Assembly (NCBI GenBank): GCA_023248495.1
Contig: JAHFEK010000007.1
Location: 4,770-68,769, forward strand
DNA from: Nitrospinales bacterium
GTDB lineage: Bacteria; Nitrospinota_A; UBA7883; JACRGQ01
Reading direction: 5' to 3'
DNA length: 64,000 nucleotides
The notes beneath the pieces were generated by a model that did no database searches, was not told the DNA's origin, and saw nothing but the letters and a program-made list of their open reading frames with translations. The translations under genes and the position numbers were made by a program. Positions 31,846 through 40,365 of the stretch are shown one piece after another (within the stretch, counting starts at the first letter, position 1; every line of letters begins with the position of its first letter).

Positions 31846-31863
31846 CCCGGCGAACTATTATGA

Positions 31864-32008
31864 AAATTTGGGTGGTGTCTCAGTTTGAAATTAATGTTTG
31901 AATGGGGTAAGGGATTGCTTCGTTAACACTCGCAATGACAGTTGTTTGTCATTGCGAGGCCATCGAAGATGGCTGCGGCAATCTCAAACTGAGACACCAC
32001 CAAAATTT
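31864..32008. repeat. Nested palindromic REP/MITE-like element
   Basis: Perfect 18-bp inverted repeat (31871-31888 / 31984-32001) enclosing GATTGC/GCAATC, a 12-bp CTCGCAATGACA/TGTCATTGCGAG stem and a GCCATC/GATGGC stem. Confidence 0.75.
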
Positions 32009-32111
32009 GCATTTGCTGGAACAATGAAAGGCAAATTTGGTATGCTATCAGTCAGGTTTGATAACATTGGAATGGGGCTTTACGGTATAAGTCAGAAAAT
32101 GAGGCCAAGTT

Positions 32112-33161
32112 GTGCTTAAGTCGCTTGATATTAAAAACCTGACTGTTTTCCCTGAAGTTCCGCTTCAATTCGGGAAGCACCTAAATGTGTTTATCGGAGA
32201 AAATGGCTCCGGCAAGTCACACCTGCTAAAAGTTGCGTATACCGTTCTGGCTGTAAGCGCGGAGGAGGGACGCAAACCAAATGGTTCCCTACCGACAAAA
32301 TCCCTGCTTCAAACCCGGCTGGCGGAAAAACTGGTGGCAGTACTTCGCCCGGAGACACTTGGAAGGCTTGTGAGACGTAAGCAGGGTCGTGGACGATGCG
32401 AAATCAAGCTCCACTTTGAAGATCAGAAACTGAACATTGATTTTGGCTTTACCACAAACAGCAAGTCAGAAGTTGATATCAAAAGGTTGCCCAAAGTTTG
32501 GGAAGAAAAACCTCCCGTATTTCTACCGACAAGGGAACTATTAACAATTTACCCAAATTTTGTTTCCGTTTACGATAATCATTATCTTGAGTTTGAGGAA
32601 ACTTGGCGGGACACTTGCGTTTTGCTCGGAGCCTTGGCCCTTCGCGGCCCAACGGCAAACCGCATTAAAGAACTTCTTGCCCCACTTGAACATGCCATGG
32701 GTGGCTCAATTATCTTAGATAAAAATGGCCGTTTTTATTTAAGTATCCCCGGTCAAGGGAACATGGAAATACCTCTTGTCGCCGAAGGGTTGCGAAAGCT
32801 GGCCATGTTAATACGCTTGATCGCAACGGGTTCACTGCTTGATAAAGGTTATCTTTTTTGGGATGAACCCGAAACCAATCTTAATCCGAAACTAATAAAG
32901 CAAATGGCATCCACGATTCTTCAACTCTGCCAAAGCGGCATTCAAGTCTTTGTTGCAACGCACAGCCTGTTTCTGTTACGCGAAATTGACATTTTGCTGC
33001 AAGGCGATGACTTTAAGGATACGGATGCCCGCTTCTTTGGCCTTCAGTACAAAGAAGAAGGTTGCAAAATAGAGCAAGGTAAAAGCGTTGATAATATCGG
33101 TGCGATTGCTTCTCTTGAAGCTGAATTAAGTCAATCGGATCGTTATTTAGGTGCTGAATAG
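32112..33161 (+). CDS. ABC/AAA_15-type ATPase (OLD/Septu/PARIS-like ATPase superfamily)
   Basis: Walker A GENGSGKS, signature-like VAEGLRKLA, Walker [13 protein letters not shown]-loop ATHS; GTG start; low GC. Confidence 0.9.
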   Translation: MLKSLDIKNLTVFPEVPLQFGKHLNVFIGENGSGKSHLLKVAYTVLAVSAEEGRKPNGSLPTKSLLQTRLAEKLVAVLRPETLGRLVRRKQGRGRCEIKLHFEDQKLNIDFGFTTNSKSEVDIKRLPKVWEEKPPVFLPTRELLTIYPNFVSVYDNHYLEFEETWRDTCVLLGALALRGPTANRIKELLAPLEHAMGGSIILDKNGRFYLSIPGQGNMEIPLVAEGLRKLAMLIRLIATGSLLDKGYLFWDEPETNLNPKLIKQMASTILQLCQSGIQVFVATHSLFLLREIDILLQGDDFKDTDARFFGLQYKEEGCKIEQGKSVDNIGAIASLEAELSQSDRYLGAE

Positions 33162-33167
33162 TCAGTA

Positions 33168-33677
33168 ATGCCCACTATTTGTGAAGGGAATTTATCATTT
33201 CATTTTCCCGACACTTGGGAAGCCACAAAATATGATGATTGGAGCTTCCATCGAAATCAATTCCAATCCGTATGTGGGGGTACGAAAGCAATTGACATAC
33301 TCGCCATATCACCAAACCTCAGTGCATGGTTTATAGAAGTCAAAGATTTCAGACGGCATTCCCGCACTAAAGTAATCGATTTAGCGGATGAAGTGGCAAT
33401 GAAAGTCCGCGATAGCCTAGCCGGAATTTTTTCCGCTAAAGTAAATGCCCCTGACATTGGCGAGAGAAACTTGGCAACCAAAGCGGTAAACGCCACCAAA
33501 ATTCGCATTGTCTTGCATCTTGAACAGCCCGCAAAACATAGCAAATTATTTCCACGGGCGATAGACCCGGCGATAATAAAACAAAAGTTAAAACAGATTT
33601 TGAAAGCTGTTGACCCCCACCCACTAGTTCTGGAAAAATTGTCTTCTCCGGGAAGGGTTGACTGGGCGGTTCGATAA
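33168..33677 (+). CDS. Putative PD-(D/E)XK nuclease
   Basis: KAIDIL..WFIEVKDFR motif; 6 nt after the ATPase; low GC. Confidence 0.65.
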   Translation: MPTICEGNLSFHFPDTWEATKYDDWSFHRNQFQSVCGGTKAIDILAISPNLSAWFIEVKDFRRHSRTKVIDLADEVAMKVRDSLAGIFSAKVNAPDIGERNLATKAVNATKIRIVLHLEQPAKHSKLFPRAIDPAIIKQKLKQILKAVDPHPLVLEKLSSPGRVDWAVR

Positions 33678-33706
33678 TTAGTCGTCCAATGTGCAACCCC
33701 CTGTGG

Positions 33707-34291
33707 TTACTCCCAGAGGAAGAAGGCCGATTTCCGTTGCGGGGGGGAAATCCACCCTTTTGCCATGAATCCGTAATACGTTCCGGCGGAAACCGCCGCG
33801 CCGATACAGGCTCCCGCCAGCACATCAAACGGAAAGTGGGAACCAAGATAAACGCGGGAGATCCCCACCAGCGCCGCCCACGAAAACCACCATGCGCGGT
33901 GGCGGCGGAACAGCAGCGCCATGAGCGCCGCCACGCTGAAAGCGGTCTGCGTGTGGCCTGAAGGGAACGTGCCGTGATAGAGATGCTCGTACGGGGCGTG
34001 CACCGCCGCGTTGGGCGGCGGCGTTTTTCCGGCAAAGTAGGTGAGGGGGCGGTCCGCGCGCACATTCTGTTTTACCGCATGCACCACCCCGCCCGCCAGC
34101 AGCAGGGCGGCGGCCAGCAACGCCACGTTGCGCCGTTCCAGCCCGCCGTACCACCAGAACGCGCCTAGGGCCATGATGGCCGCAGGCACGGAATAGGCCG
34201 TGAAAGAAAAGAGGTACATGAGTGGGTCGAGTATCGGCGCGTGTGTTCCATTGATAAGCCAGAAAAACCGTTCATTAAGCGCCGTGAACAT
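33707..34291 (-). CDS. PAP2 family membrane phosphatase
   Basis: K...RADRP, FPSGHT, SRVYLGSHFPFDV. Confidence 0.93.
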   Translation of the reverse strand: MFTALNERFFWLINGTHAPILDPLMYLFSFTAYSVPAAIMALGAFWWYGGLERRNVALLAAALLLAGGVVHAVKQNVRADRPLTYFAGKTPPPNAAVHAPYEHLYHGTFPSGHTQTAFSVAALMALLFRRHRAWWFSWAALVGISRVYLGSHFPFDVLAGACIGAAVSAGTYYGFMAKGWISPPQRKSAFFLWE

Positions 34292-35448
34292 CAGCCGCCG
34301 TTTTTCCTGAACAGGCGCGCCGCGCGGGCGCGGGTTTCATCAAGCCAAATCTGCAATGCCAATGGCCCCGATTCGCGTCCGGCGCGGAAAAGAAACGCCG
34401 CGGCCAGCAGGCCCATCACGAGATTCGGCATCCACATCGCGAATAACGGCGTCAGCTTTCCCTCGCGCCCCAGGCTTTCTCCAAACATCAACAGCACGTA
34501 GTTAATGACGATAAGCATAATGCCAAGGCCGATGCCCCCCCTGCCGCCGCCGCGGTGTACTTGCAGGCCGAGGGGGGCGGCCAGCAGCGCCAAGACAACG
34601 CAGGCGAATGGCAGCGCGAGCCGCTTGTGTTGTTCCACTTCCAAAGTGTACCGTTGCAGCGGATTGCGCACGCGCGCGGCTTCGCCGCGAAGCTCGCCAA
34701 ATGATAATTCCCGCTCGCCCTTTATGAACGCTTGCCGCCGGCCACCGGTGTCCATCACCATTTCGTACTCGCCGAACGTCATCGTGCGCCACGCTTTCGC
34801 GTCGCCGCTGTACATGGTGCCGCCGCCAAGGCGGAAAATGATGCTGTCGGATGGCGTTCGTTCCAGCACGCCTTCACGGGCCGTGATAAGCCGGGGGTGG
34901 TTTTTGTCGGATCCGTCGAAAATGAAGACTCCCTTTAACACATCGGTTCCCCGCTCCTTTCCGTTGACGTAGATCACGGTGCCGGGAAACCGGTCGAAAA
35001 ATGTCCGTTCACCCAGCGCGGCGGTGAATCGGCGGCTGACATAATCGGCGATTTGGGAGTTAAAAAGGTAGTTGCCCCGGTGCAGCACATCAAGCGAAAG
35101 CCACAGCGACAACAGACCGGCCGCCCCGGCAAGCAGCATTACCGGGAAAAGGATTCGGTAAAAGCTGACGCCGCATGCGCGCATGGCGATGATTTCGCTG
35201 TCACCCGACATTCGGGAAAAGGTGATAAGCGTCGCCAGCAGCACCGCCAACGGGATGGTAATCACCAGGAAAGCGGGAGAAGTGTAGAGGATCAGCCGTA
35301 TCAGTTCACCGCCGCTGATGGCGTTTCCCACCGTCATATTGGCGATAAAGTTAATTTTTTCCAGAACCAAAATCGCCATCAGGACGAAAAGGGAGAGCCC
35401 GAACAGTTTGAAGATTTCACCGAATATATACCGGTCAAGCAACTTCAT
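34291..35448 (-). CDS. lptF: LPS export permease LptF/LptG family
   Basis: LLDRYIF, IPLAVLLATL..SRMSGDSEIIAMRACG, WMPN. Confidence 0.88.
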   Translation of the reverse strand: MKLLDRYIFGEIFKLFGLSLFVLMAILVLEKINFIANMTVGNAISGGELIRLILYTSPAFLVITIPLAVLLATLITFSRMSGDSEIIAMRACGVSFYRILFPVMLLAGAAGLLSLWLSLDVLHRGNYLFNSQIADYVSRRFTAALGERTFFDRFPGTVIYVNGKERGTDVLKGVFIFDGSDKNHPRLITAREGVLERTPSDSIIFRLGGGTMYSGDAKAWRTMTFGEYEMVMDTGGRRQAFIKGERELSFGELRGEAARVRNPLQRYTLEVEQHKRLALPFACVVLALLAAPLGLQVHRGGGRGGIGLGIMLIVINYVLLMFGESLGREGKLTPLFAMWMPNLVMGLLAAAFLFRAGRESGPLALQIWLDETRARAARLFRKNGG

Positions 35449-35521
35449 CCGTTGGTCTCCGCCACCTTAATCGTCATGCGGGGCATTGTAACCCGGAATG
35501 TAGGCCCGTACGCAGGCGGAA

Positions 35522-36148
35522 CTAAGGGGCCTTGAAAAGCCCCTTGATTCCGGCGGCGATAATCTCCACGGCGTAGGAGGTAAGTATCAGGCCCAGCAGC
35601 CGGGTGAAGATGTTCATGCCGGTGCGGCCCAGCATGCCGGCAATCCGCTCCGCCTGCATGAATAGCAGCAGTGTAATGCCGGCGATGGCCGCGATGATGG
35701 CCACCATCATGGCCGAGGCCCCCCACCCCTGCGCCGCATTGTGGGCAATAATGACCGTGGTGATCGCCCCCGGGCCGGCCAGCAAAGGCACCGCCAACGG
35801 GACAACCGCAACGTTGTGGCTCTCTTCAGCTTCCCGCTCCTCGGCGGCGGTGCTTTTCAGAAGCGGGGCGTACGCGCCCATCATGGCGACGGCGGTGAGC
35901 AGAATGAGGATCCCGCCGCCGGCCATGAAAGAATAAATGCTGATACCGAACAGCCAGAGCAACCGCTCGCCGAAGAAAAAAGCCAGCGTCAAGGTTAAGG
36001 CCATTGCCGCCGGCGCCATATAGACGGTGCGGCTCTTCTCGCGCGGTGGGAGGTTGCGGGTGAACATGATGAAAAAAAACACGGCTCCCACGGGATCGAT
36101 CACCGCAAAAATCGCCACGAATTGCTTAACGAAACCGGTCCATTCCAT
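35522..36148 (-). CDS. marC: MarC family integral membrane protein
   Basis: IDPVGA, GISIYSF.AGG, VVPLAVPLLAGPGAIT, RLLGLIL. Confidence 0.93.
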   Translation of the reverse strand: MEWTGFVKQFVAIFAVIDPVGAVFFFIMFTRNLPPREKSRTVYMAPAAMALTLTLAFFFGERLLWLFGISIYSFMAGGGILILLTAVAMMGAYAPLLKSTAAEEREAEESHNVAVVPLAVPLLAGPGAITTVIIAHNAAQGWGASAMMVAIIAAIAGITLLLFMQAERIAGMLGRTGMNIFTRLLGLILTSYAVEIIAAGIKGLFKAP

Positions 36149-37938
36149 TATCGGCCATTGCTCCTTGTGCCGTTATTATCCCCCATTTTGGGTTTTTCCG
36201 CCTCCAGCGCCGCGGCGAGTTCCCGCAGCTGTTGGTTATCCGGATCTTCCTGAAGGCCGATGCGCGCGATACGCAAGGCCACGGCGGGTTTTCCCAGCAG
36301 ACGCCATCCCTGCGCCAGACCGTATACCGCCTCCGCCTTTTCGTCCGCGAACGCATGGGCGGTGACATGCGCCGCCGCCCACCCTTCCTTTCCCTGAAAA
36401 TAGAGCAGCCCCCCGTATGTCGTCCATGCCCGCGGGGAGCGGGGATATTGGCGCAAAAGACCGCCGAGCAATTCGCCGGCTTCGGCATATTTTTTTTGGC
36501 CTATCTTTGCCTGGGCAATTTCAAGCATAAGGACATCCCGTTTGCGCACCGCGTATGCCTTTTCCAGCAGCGGCAGCGCTTCGTCCCACCTCTCCTGCTT
36601 TAAATAAAAATTGGCGAGGCGCTCCAGCGATCCGTCATTATCCGGTTCCAGCTCCACCGCGTGCCGCAACAATTTTTCGGCCATATTCCAATGGAGGTTT
36701 TTTTGCGCGTCCACTCCCAGATTTAACATGGCGGCGGCGGAATCCGGCTTGATACGCAGCGTGCGGCCCCACAGAAGCGTCTCATTCCGCCAATCGCCGT
36801 TGCGCCGCACGGTGAGCGCGGAAAAAACGGCAACGACGATCAACGCCGCCGCAACCAGCGCCGCGCGTTTCCGGTTGTTTGTTTCCACGGCCAGATAGGC
36901 CGCCGCGGCCGCAAAAGAAAGAATGGCCGAAGGAAGGTAAAGATACCGCTCCGCGATCAGGGAGCCGGTGGGGATGAAGTTGAGGTTCGGTGAAATAACC
37001 GCGAAAAACCAGAAAGCCGTGAAAGTCACCCACGGCTGAACATGCCGTTTTCGCCACGCGGCAACCAGCAATGCCGTCACCGCCATGGCGGCGGCATACA
37101 GGTGCGGCGGATACGGAAAGACGGCCTGCGTTGCGCTTCGGACGGCGATCAACGGCCACGGCCAGAGCAAAAGTTTGCCATATTGGAAGGTTATTTCCGA
37201 CATCGTGAGGAAGTTTCCGAAAATATCGGGGTTGATTGTGTGCTCCCCGGTGCGGGCCACGGCGCCAAGCACCGATGTCCGCAGAACCAAATACCCGGCC
37301 AGCACGGTAAAATATGGAATCCAGCGCGCCGCCTTTTTGTCATGATTGCCGAAGGTGAAATCGTAGAGCACGACCACCAGCGGCAGCACCGCCGCGTTTT
37401 CCCCGAACAAGAGGGCGACCGTGAACAACAATACCGATACGGTCAGCGCGAACGGCGTCTGCCGCTTGCGGTGCAGCACATAGAGCGCAAACGCCGAGAG
37501 CCACAGGAAATCGGCCGGAATGTCATAGGTGGAGGTGATAAAGGTTACTTTTTCAGTGTGAACGGGATGTGCCGCGAAAAGGAGCGCGCCGAAAAAGGCG
37601 GCCCCGCGGCTTTCAAACAGCAGAACCAGCAACGCATACAGCGCCGCCACCGTCAGCGCGTTCATCGTTTTTCCGGCAAGGTGATACGCCGCCGGATCAA
37701 GCCCTCCAATGCGGTAGGTCAGCGCGTAAAGGGTTGTGCGCAAGGGACGGTAAAGCCCCTCGCTGCCTTCGGAAAAAAAGCGCGGCAGGTTGATGTTCCG
37801 TATTTTTTTTGCGTTGACGATGAACAGGTCGTCATCCCAAACAAATTCATTATGGAATGCATTGGCGTATAGGACGAGGGAAAAGGCGATAAGCGCCAGC
37901 GCCGGCGCGATATGTCGTTTCATAACGGTTACGGGCAT
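36148..37938 (-). CDS. TMTC-like membrane glycosyltransferase with C-terminal TPRs
   Basis: FVWDD, YRPLRT, FAAHPVHTE, AERYLYLP, RNGDWRNE.LW, then TPR helices; start uncertain. Confidence 0.85.
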   Translation of the reverse strand: MPVTVMKRHIAPALALIAFSLVLYANAFHNEFVWDDDLFIVNAKKIRNINLPRFFSEGSEGLYRPLRTTLYALTYRIGGLDPAAYHLAGKTMNALTVAALYALLVLLFESRGAAFFGALLFAAHPVHTEKVTFITSTYDIPADFLWLSAFALYVLHRKRQTPFALTVSVLLFTVALLFGENAAVLPLVVVLYDFTFGNHDKKAARWIPYFTVLAGYLVLRTSVLGAVARTGEHTINPDIFGNFLTMSEITFQYGKLLLWPWPLIAVRSATQAVFPYPPHLYAAAMAVTALLVAAWRKRHVQPWVTFTAFWFFAVISPNLNFIPTGSLIAERYLYLPSAILSFAAAAAYLAVETNNRKRAALVAAALIVVAVFSALTVRRNGDWRNETLLWGRTLRIKPDSAAAMLNLGVDAQKNLHWNMAEKLLRHAVELEPDNDGSLERLANFYLKQERWDEALPLLEKAYAVRKRDVLMLEIAQAKIGQKKYAEAGELLGGLLRQYPRSPRAWTTYGGLLYFQGKEGWAAAHVTAHAFADEKAEAVYGLAQGWRLLGKPAVALRIARIGLQEDPDNQQLRELAAALEAEKPKMGDNNGTRSNGR

Positions 37939-37969
37939 TATACGCCGCGTATCGGGGAAAAAAGAAAGG

Positions 37970-38227
37970 TTACTGGCCGTCCGCCTTTTTGGGGTTGAAC
38001 TGATCTTCCATGGATTCCATTCCCGGGGGAGCTTTGGGCTGCGCGACCGGCTCGTCAAATATCAGATAGGCGGGGAACCAGGCGAACAGCGTGCCGGCGG
38101 CGCCGGCGAGTATGCCGCGAACCAGCGCGGTGGGCAGTTCGGCCCCTTTCACCATCGCCACGCAGGCCGCCACGCCGAACAGCAGAAGTCCGGTGGCGAC
38201 GGGGATTTTTTTCGCCAGCGAGGTCAT
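37970..38227 (-). CDS. Small two-TM protein coupled to flhG
   Basis: ATGA overlap with the flhG stop; two hydrophobic segments and a charged tail. Confidence 0.7.
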   Translation of the reverse strand: MTSLAKKIPVATGLLLFGVAACVAMVKGAELPTALVRGILAGAAGTLFAWFPAYLIFDEPVAQPKAPPGMESMEDQFNPKKADGQ

Positions 38228-39084
38228 GCGCCCTCGGCTCCCAGCACGTTTGCCCAGTTGATGTCGCCTGCGTTGGTGGCGGTCTTTACCAGCGTATCAA
38301 CGATGCTGACGATATTCCTGGTCGCTTCGGCGTTCGGGAAAAGATCGGTAAAGAGCCGTTGTTTCCGCACGGCGTTCGGCACGGCCACATCCATGGTGAG
38401 ATGTCCCAGGAAATCGATTTTTACGCCCAGTTGGAACTTGTCCGCCACCATCACCAGCCGTTTGTAGATATTGACCGCCTCGATCCGGTCGCGGGCGCTG
38501 TTGACGACGAGGCGGAAGGTTTTCACTTTGTAGTCGCGCGAGAGCACTTTCATGATGGCGTACGCGTCGGAGAAGGAGGTCGGCTCCGGCGTGGCGACCA
38601 CCAGGATGTCCTGGGCCGCCGAGCAGAAGAACATGACGTTGGACGAAATGCCCGCGCCTATGTCGAAGAGGATATAGTCGAAATCGTTTTGAATCACTTC
38701 CATTTCCGTTTTGAGCACCAGCCGTTCTTCGGCGGTGAGTTCGCTGTACTTTTTATTGCCGGTGGAGGCGGGCAGTATTTTAACGCCGCCGGGACCTTCG
38801 ATGAGGATGTCGCGCATCCGCTTGACGCCGGTGAGCACATGCGCCACGTTAAAGCGCGGGGCCAGACCCAGCAAAATGTGTATGTTGCCCAGGCCCATGT
38901 CGGCGTCGAAAATCAGTACGCGGTTGCCGCGCTTGGCGAGTTGCAGTGCCATGTTGGCGACGAGGTTGGTCTTCCCGACCCCTCCCTTGCCGCTGGCAAC
39001 GGCAATACCCTTGATCTGTTGCTTCAAGGTGCCCGTTTCGCGCATACCCGGCCTCATTCTTCTGAGTGTTTCAGCCTGATCCAT
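38224..39084 (-). CDS. flhG: Flagellar number regulator FlhG/FleN (MinD-like)
   Basis: MDQAETLR, ASGKGGVGKTN, DADMGLGN, TPEPTSFSDAY. Confidence 0.95.
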   Translation of the reverse strand: MDQAETLRRMRPGMRETGTLKQQIKGIAVASGKGGVGKTNLVANMALQLAKRGNRVLIFDADMGLGNIHILLGLAPRFNVAHVLTGVKRMRDILIEGPGGVKILPASTGNKKYSELTAEERLVLKTEMEVIQNDFDYILFDIGAGISSNVMFFCSAAQDILVVATPEPTSFSDAYAIMKVLSRDYKVKTFRLVVNSARDRIEAVNIYKRLVMVADKFQLGVKIDFLGHLTMDVAVPNAVRKQRLFTDLFPNAEATRNIVSIVDTLVKTATNAGDINWANVLGAEGA

Positions 39085-39120
39085 ACCGTTTTCTCCAAAA
39101 TTCTAAGCCAATTGAGCGAT

Positions 39121-40365
39121 TTATGCTTCTTTTTTAAACAGGCGCGCGCCGAGCCGCCGGCCGGAGGCCGCCTCGATGTCTTCCGGCACCCGCTGCCCGG
39201 TGGTGCAATAGACCACCGGAATGCCGGTTTTATAATTCTGCGCCACCACCACGCCGGGTTTGGCGCTTTCATCCAGCTTGGTGAAAATGAGTCCGGCAAT
39301 GTTGACGCAGCCGAAGTTGCGCACCGCTTCGTCCAGCGACGCGGCATCGGCCCCCGCGGAAAGCACCAGGTAGTTTTCGATGGCGGCGTCCCCGACGAAG
39401 CCGGCCAGTTCCTCAAGCTTCTTGCCGTCGCGCTGGCTGCGGCCCGCGGTGTCGATTAAAATTACGTCGCGGCCGGCCAAGGAGTTCAGCGCCTTCGGCA
39501 AATCCTGCGGGGTTAGCGCCACTTCCAGCGGCAGGCCCAGGATTTGCGCGTAGGTGCGCAGTTGTTCCACTGCGGCGATGCGGTAGGTGTCGATGGTGAT
39601 AAGGCCGACCTTTTTTCCCTGCATGGCGAGTTGCGCGGCGATTTTCGCCAAGGTGGTGGTTTTTCCCACTCCCGTCGGCCCGATCAGCGCGATAACGCGC
39701 GGCCCGTCCCCGCCGGTGGCGGCGGTGAGCGGCTCACCCACGATCATCGTCTCCTGTATCCGGGCGATCACCAGATCGACGATATTTTTCAAATCCAGTT
39801 CGCGTCCGCCCGGCACCCCCTCTTTCACTTCGGCGATCAGTTTGAGGGCGTATTCGTGTTCCACCCCGCGTTCCACCAGGCGCCGGTAGCACACGAGGTA
39901 GTTCGGTTCAAGGTTAAGCCCCTTGTAGAATTTCGTATTTTCCAGCATGAACGATATCATGGACTTGAGCGATCCGATGTCATCCGAAAGGCCGGCGGCG
40001 CGGGCCAGCTCGTTGCGGCCCACGGCCCCGGTTCCGGTGGCGGCGCCGATTAATTCGCGCAGTTCGCGGATTTCATCGCGTAACGGGTCGAGCGCCGAGG
40101 CCAGCGTCCCGGGTGCGGCGGCGCGGGTTTCCGTCTTCGGGGGAGCGGCCGGCTTTCGCGGCGCGCGGCGGCGTTGTTGATCCTGCCGCACCTCTTCGTC
40201 GGCTGCGGCGGTCACTTCGATCAGCGAACGGCCCAGGATGCCATAGGCGCCATTGGTGTTCTTGATTTTCCGGCTGCTCATGATGATGGCGTCCGGCCCC
40301 AATTCCGCCTTGATGCGGACGATCGCTTCCGCCATGTCGAGTGCCTGATAGGTTTTTATTTGCAT
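39121..40365 (-). CDS. flhF: Flagellar biosynthesis GTPase FlhF
   Basis: MQIKTY, LGPDAII, GPTGVGKTTT, DTYRIAA, DTAGR, TKLDE. Confidence 0.96.
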   Translation of the reverse strand: MQIKTYQALDMAEAIVRIKAELGPDAIIMSSRKIKNTNGAYGILGRSLIEVTAAADEEVRQDQQRRRAPRKPAAPPKTETRAAAPGTLASALDPLRDEIRELRELIGAATGTGAVGRNELARAAGLSDDIGSLKSMISFMLENTKFYKGLNLEPNYLVCYRRLVERGVEHEYALKLIAEVKEGVPGGRELDLKNIVDLVIARIQETMIVGEPLTAATGGDGPRVIALIGPTGVGKTTTLAKIAAQLAMQGKKVGLITIDTYRIAAVEQLRTYAQILGLPLEVALTPQDLPKALNSLAGRDVILIDTAGRSQRDGKKLEELAGFVGDAAIENYLVLSAGADAASLDEAVRNFGCVNIAGLIFTKLDESAKPGVVVAQNYKTGIPVVYCTTGQRVPEDIEAASGRRLGARLFKKEA

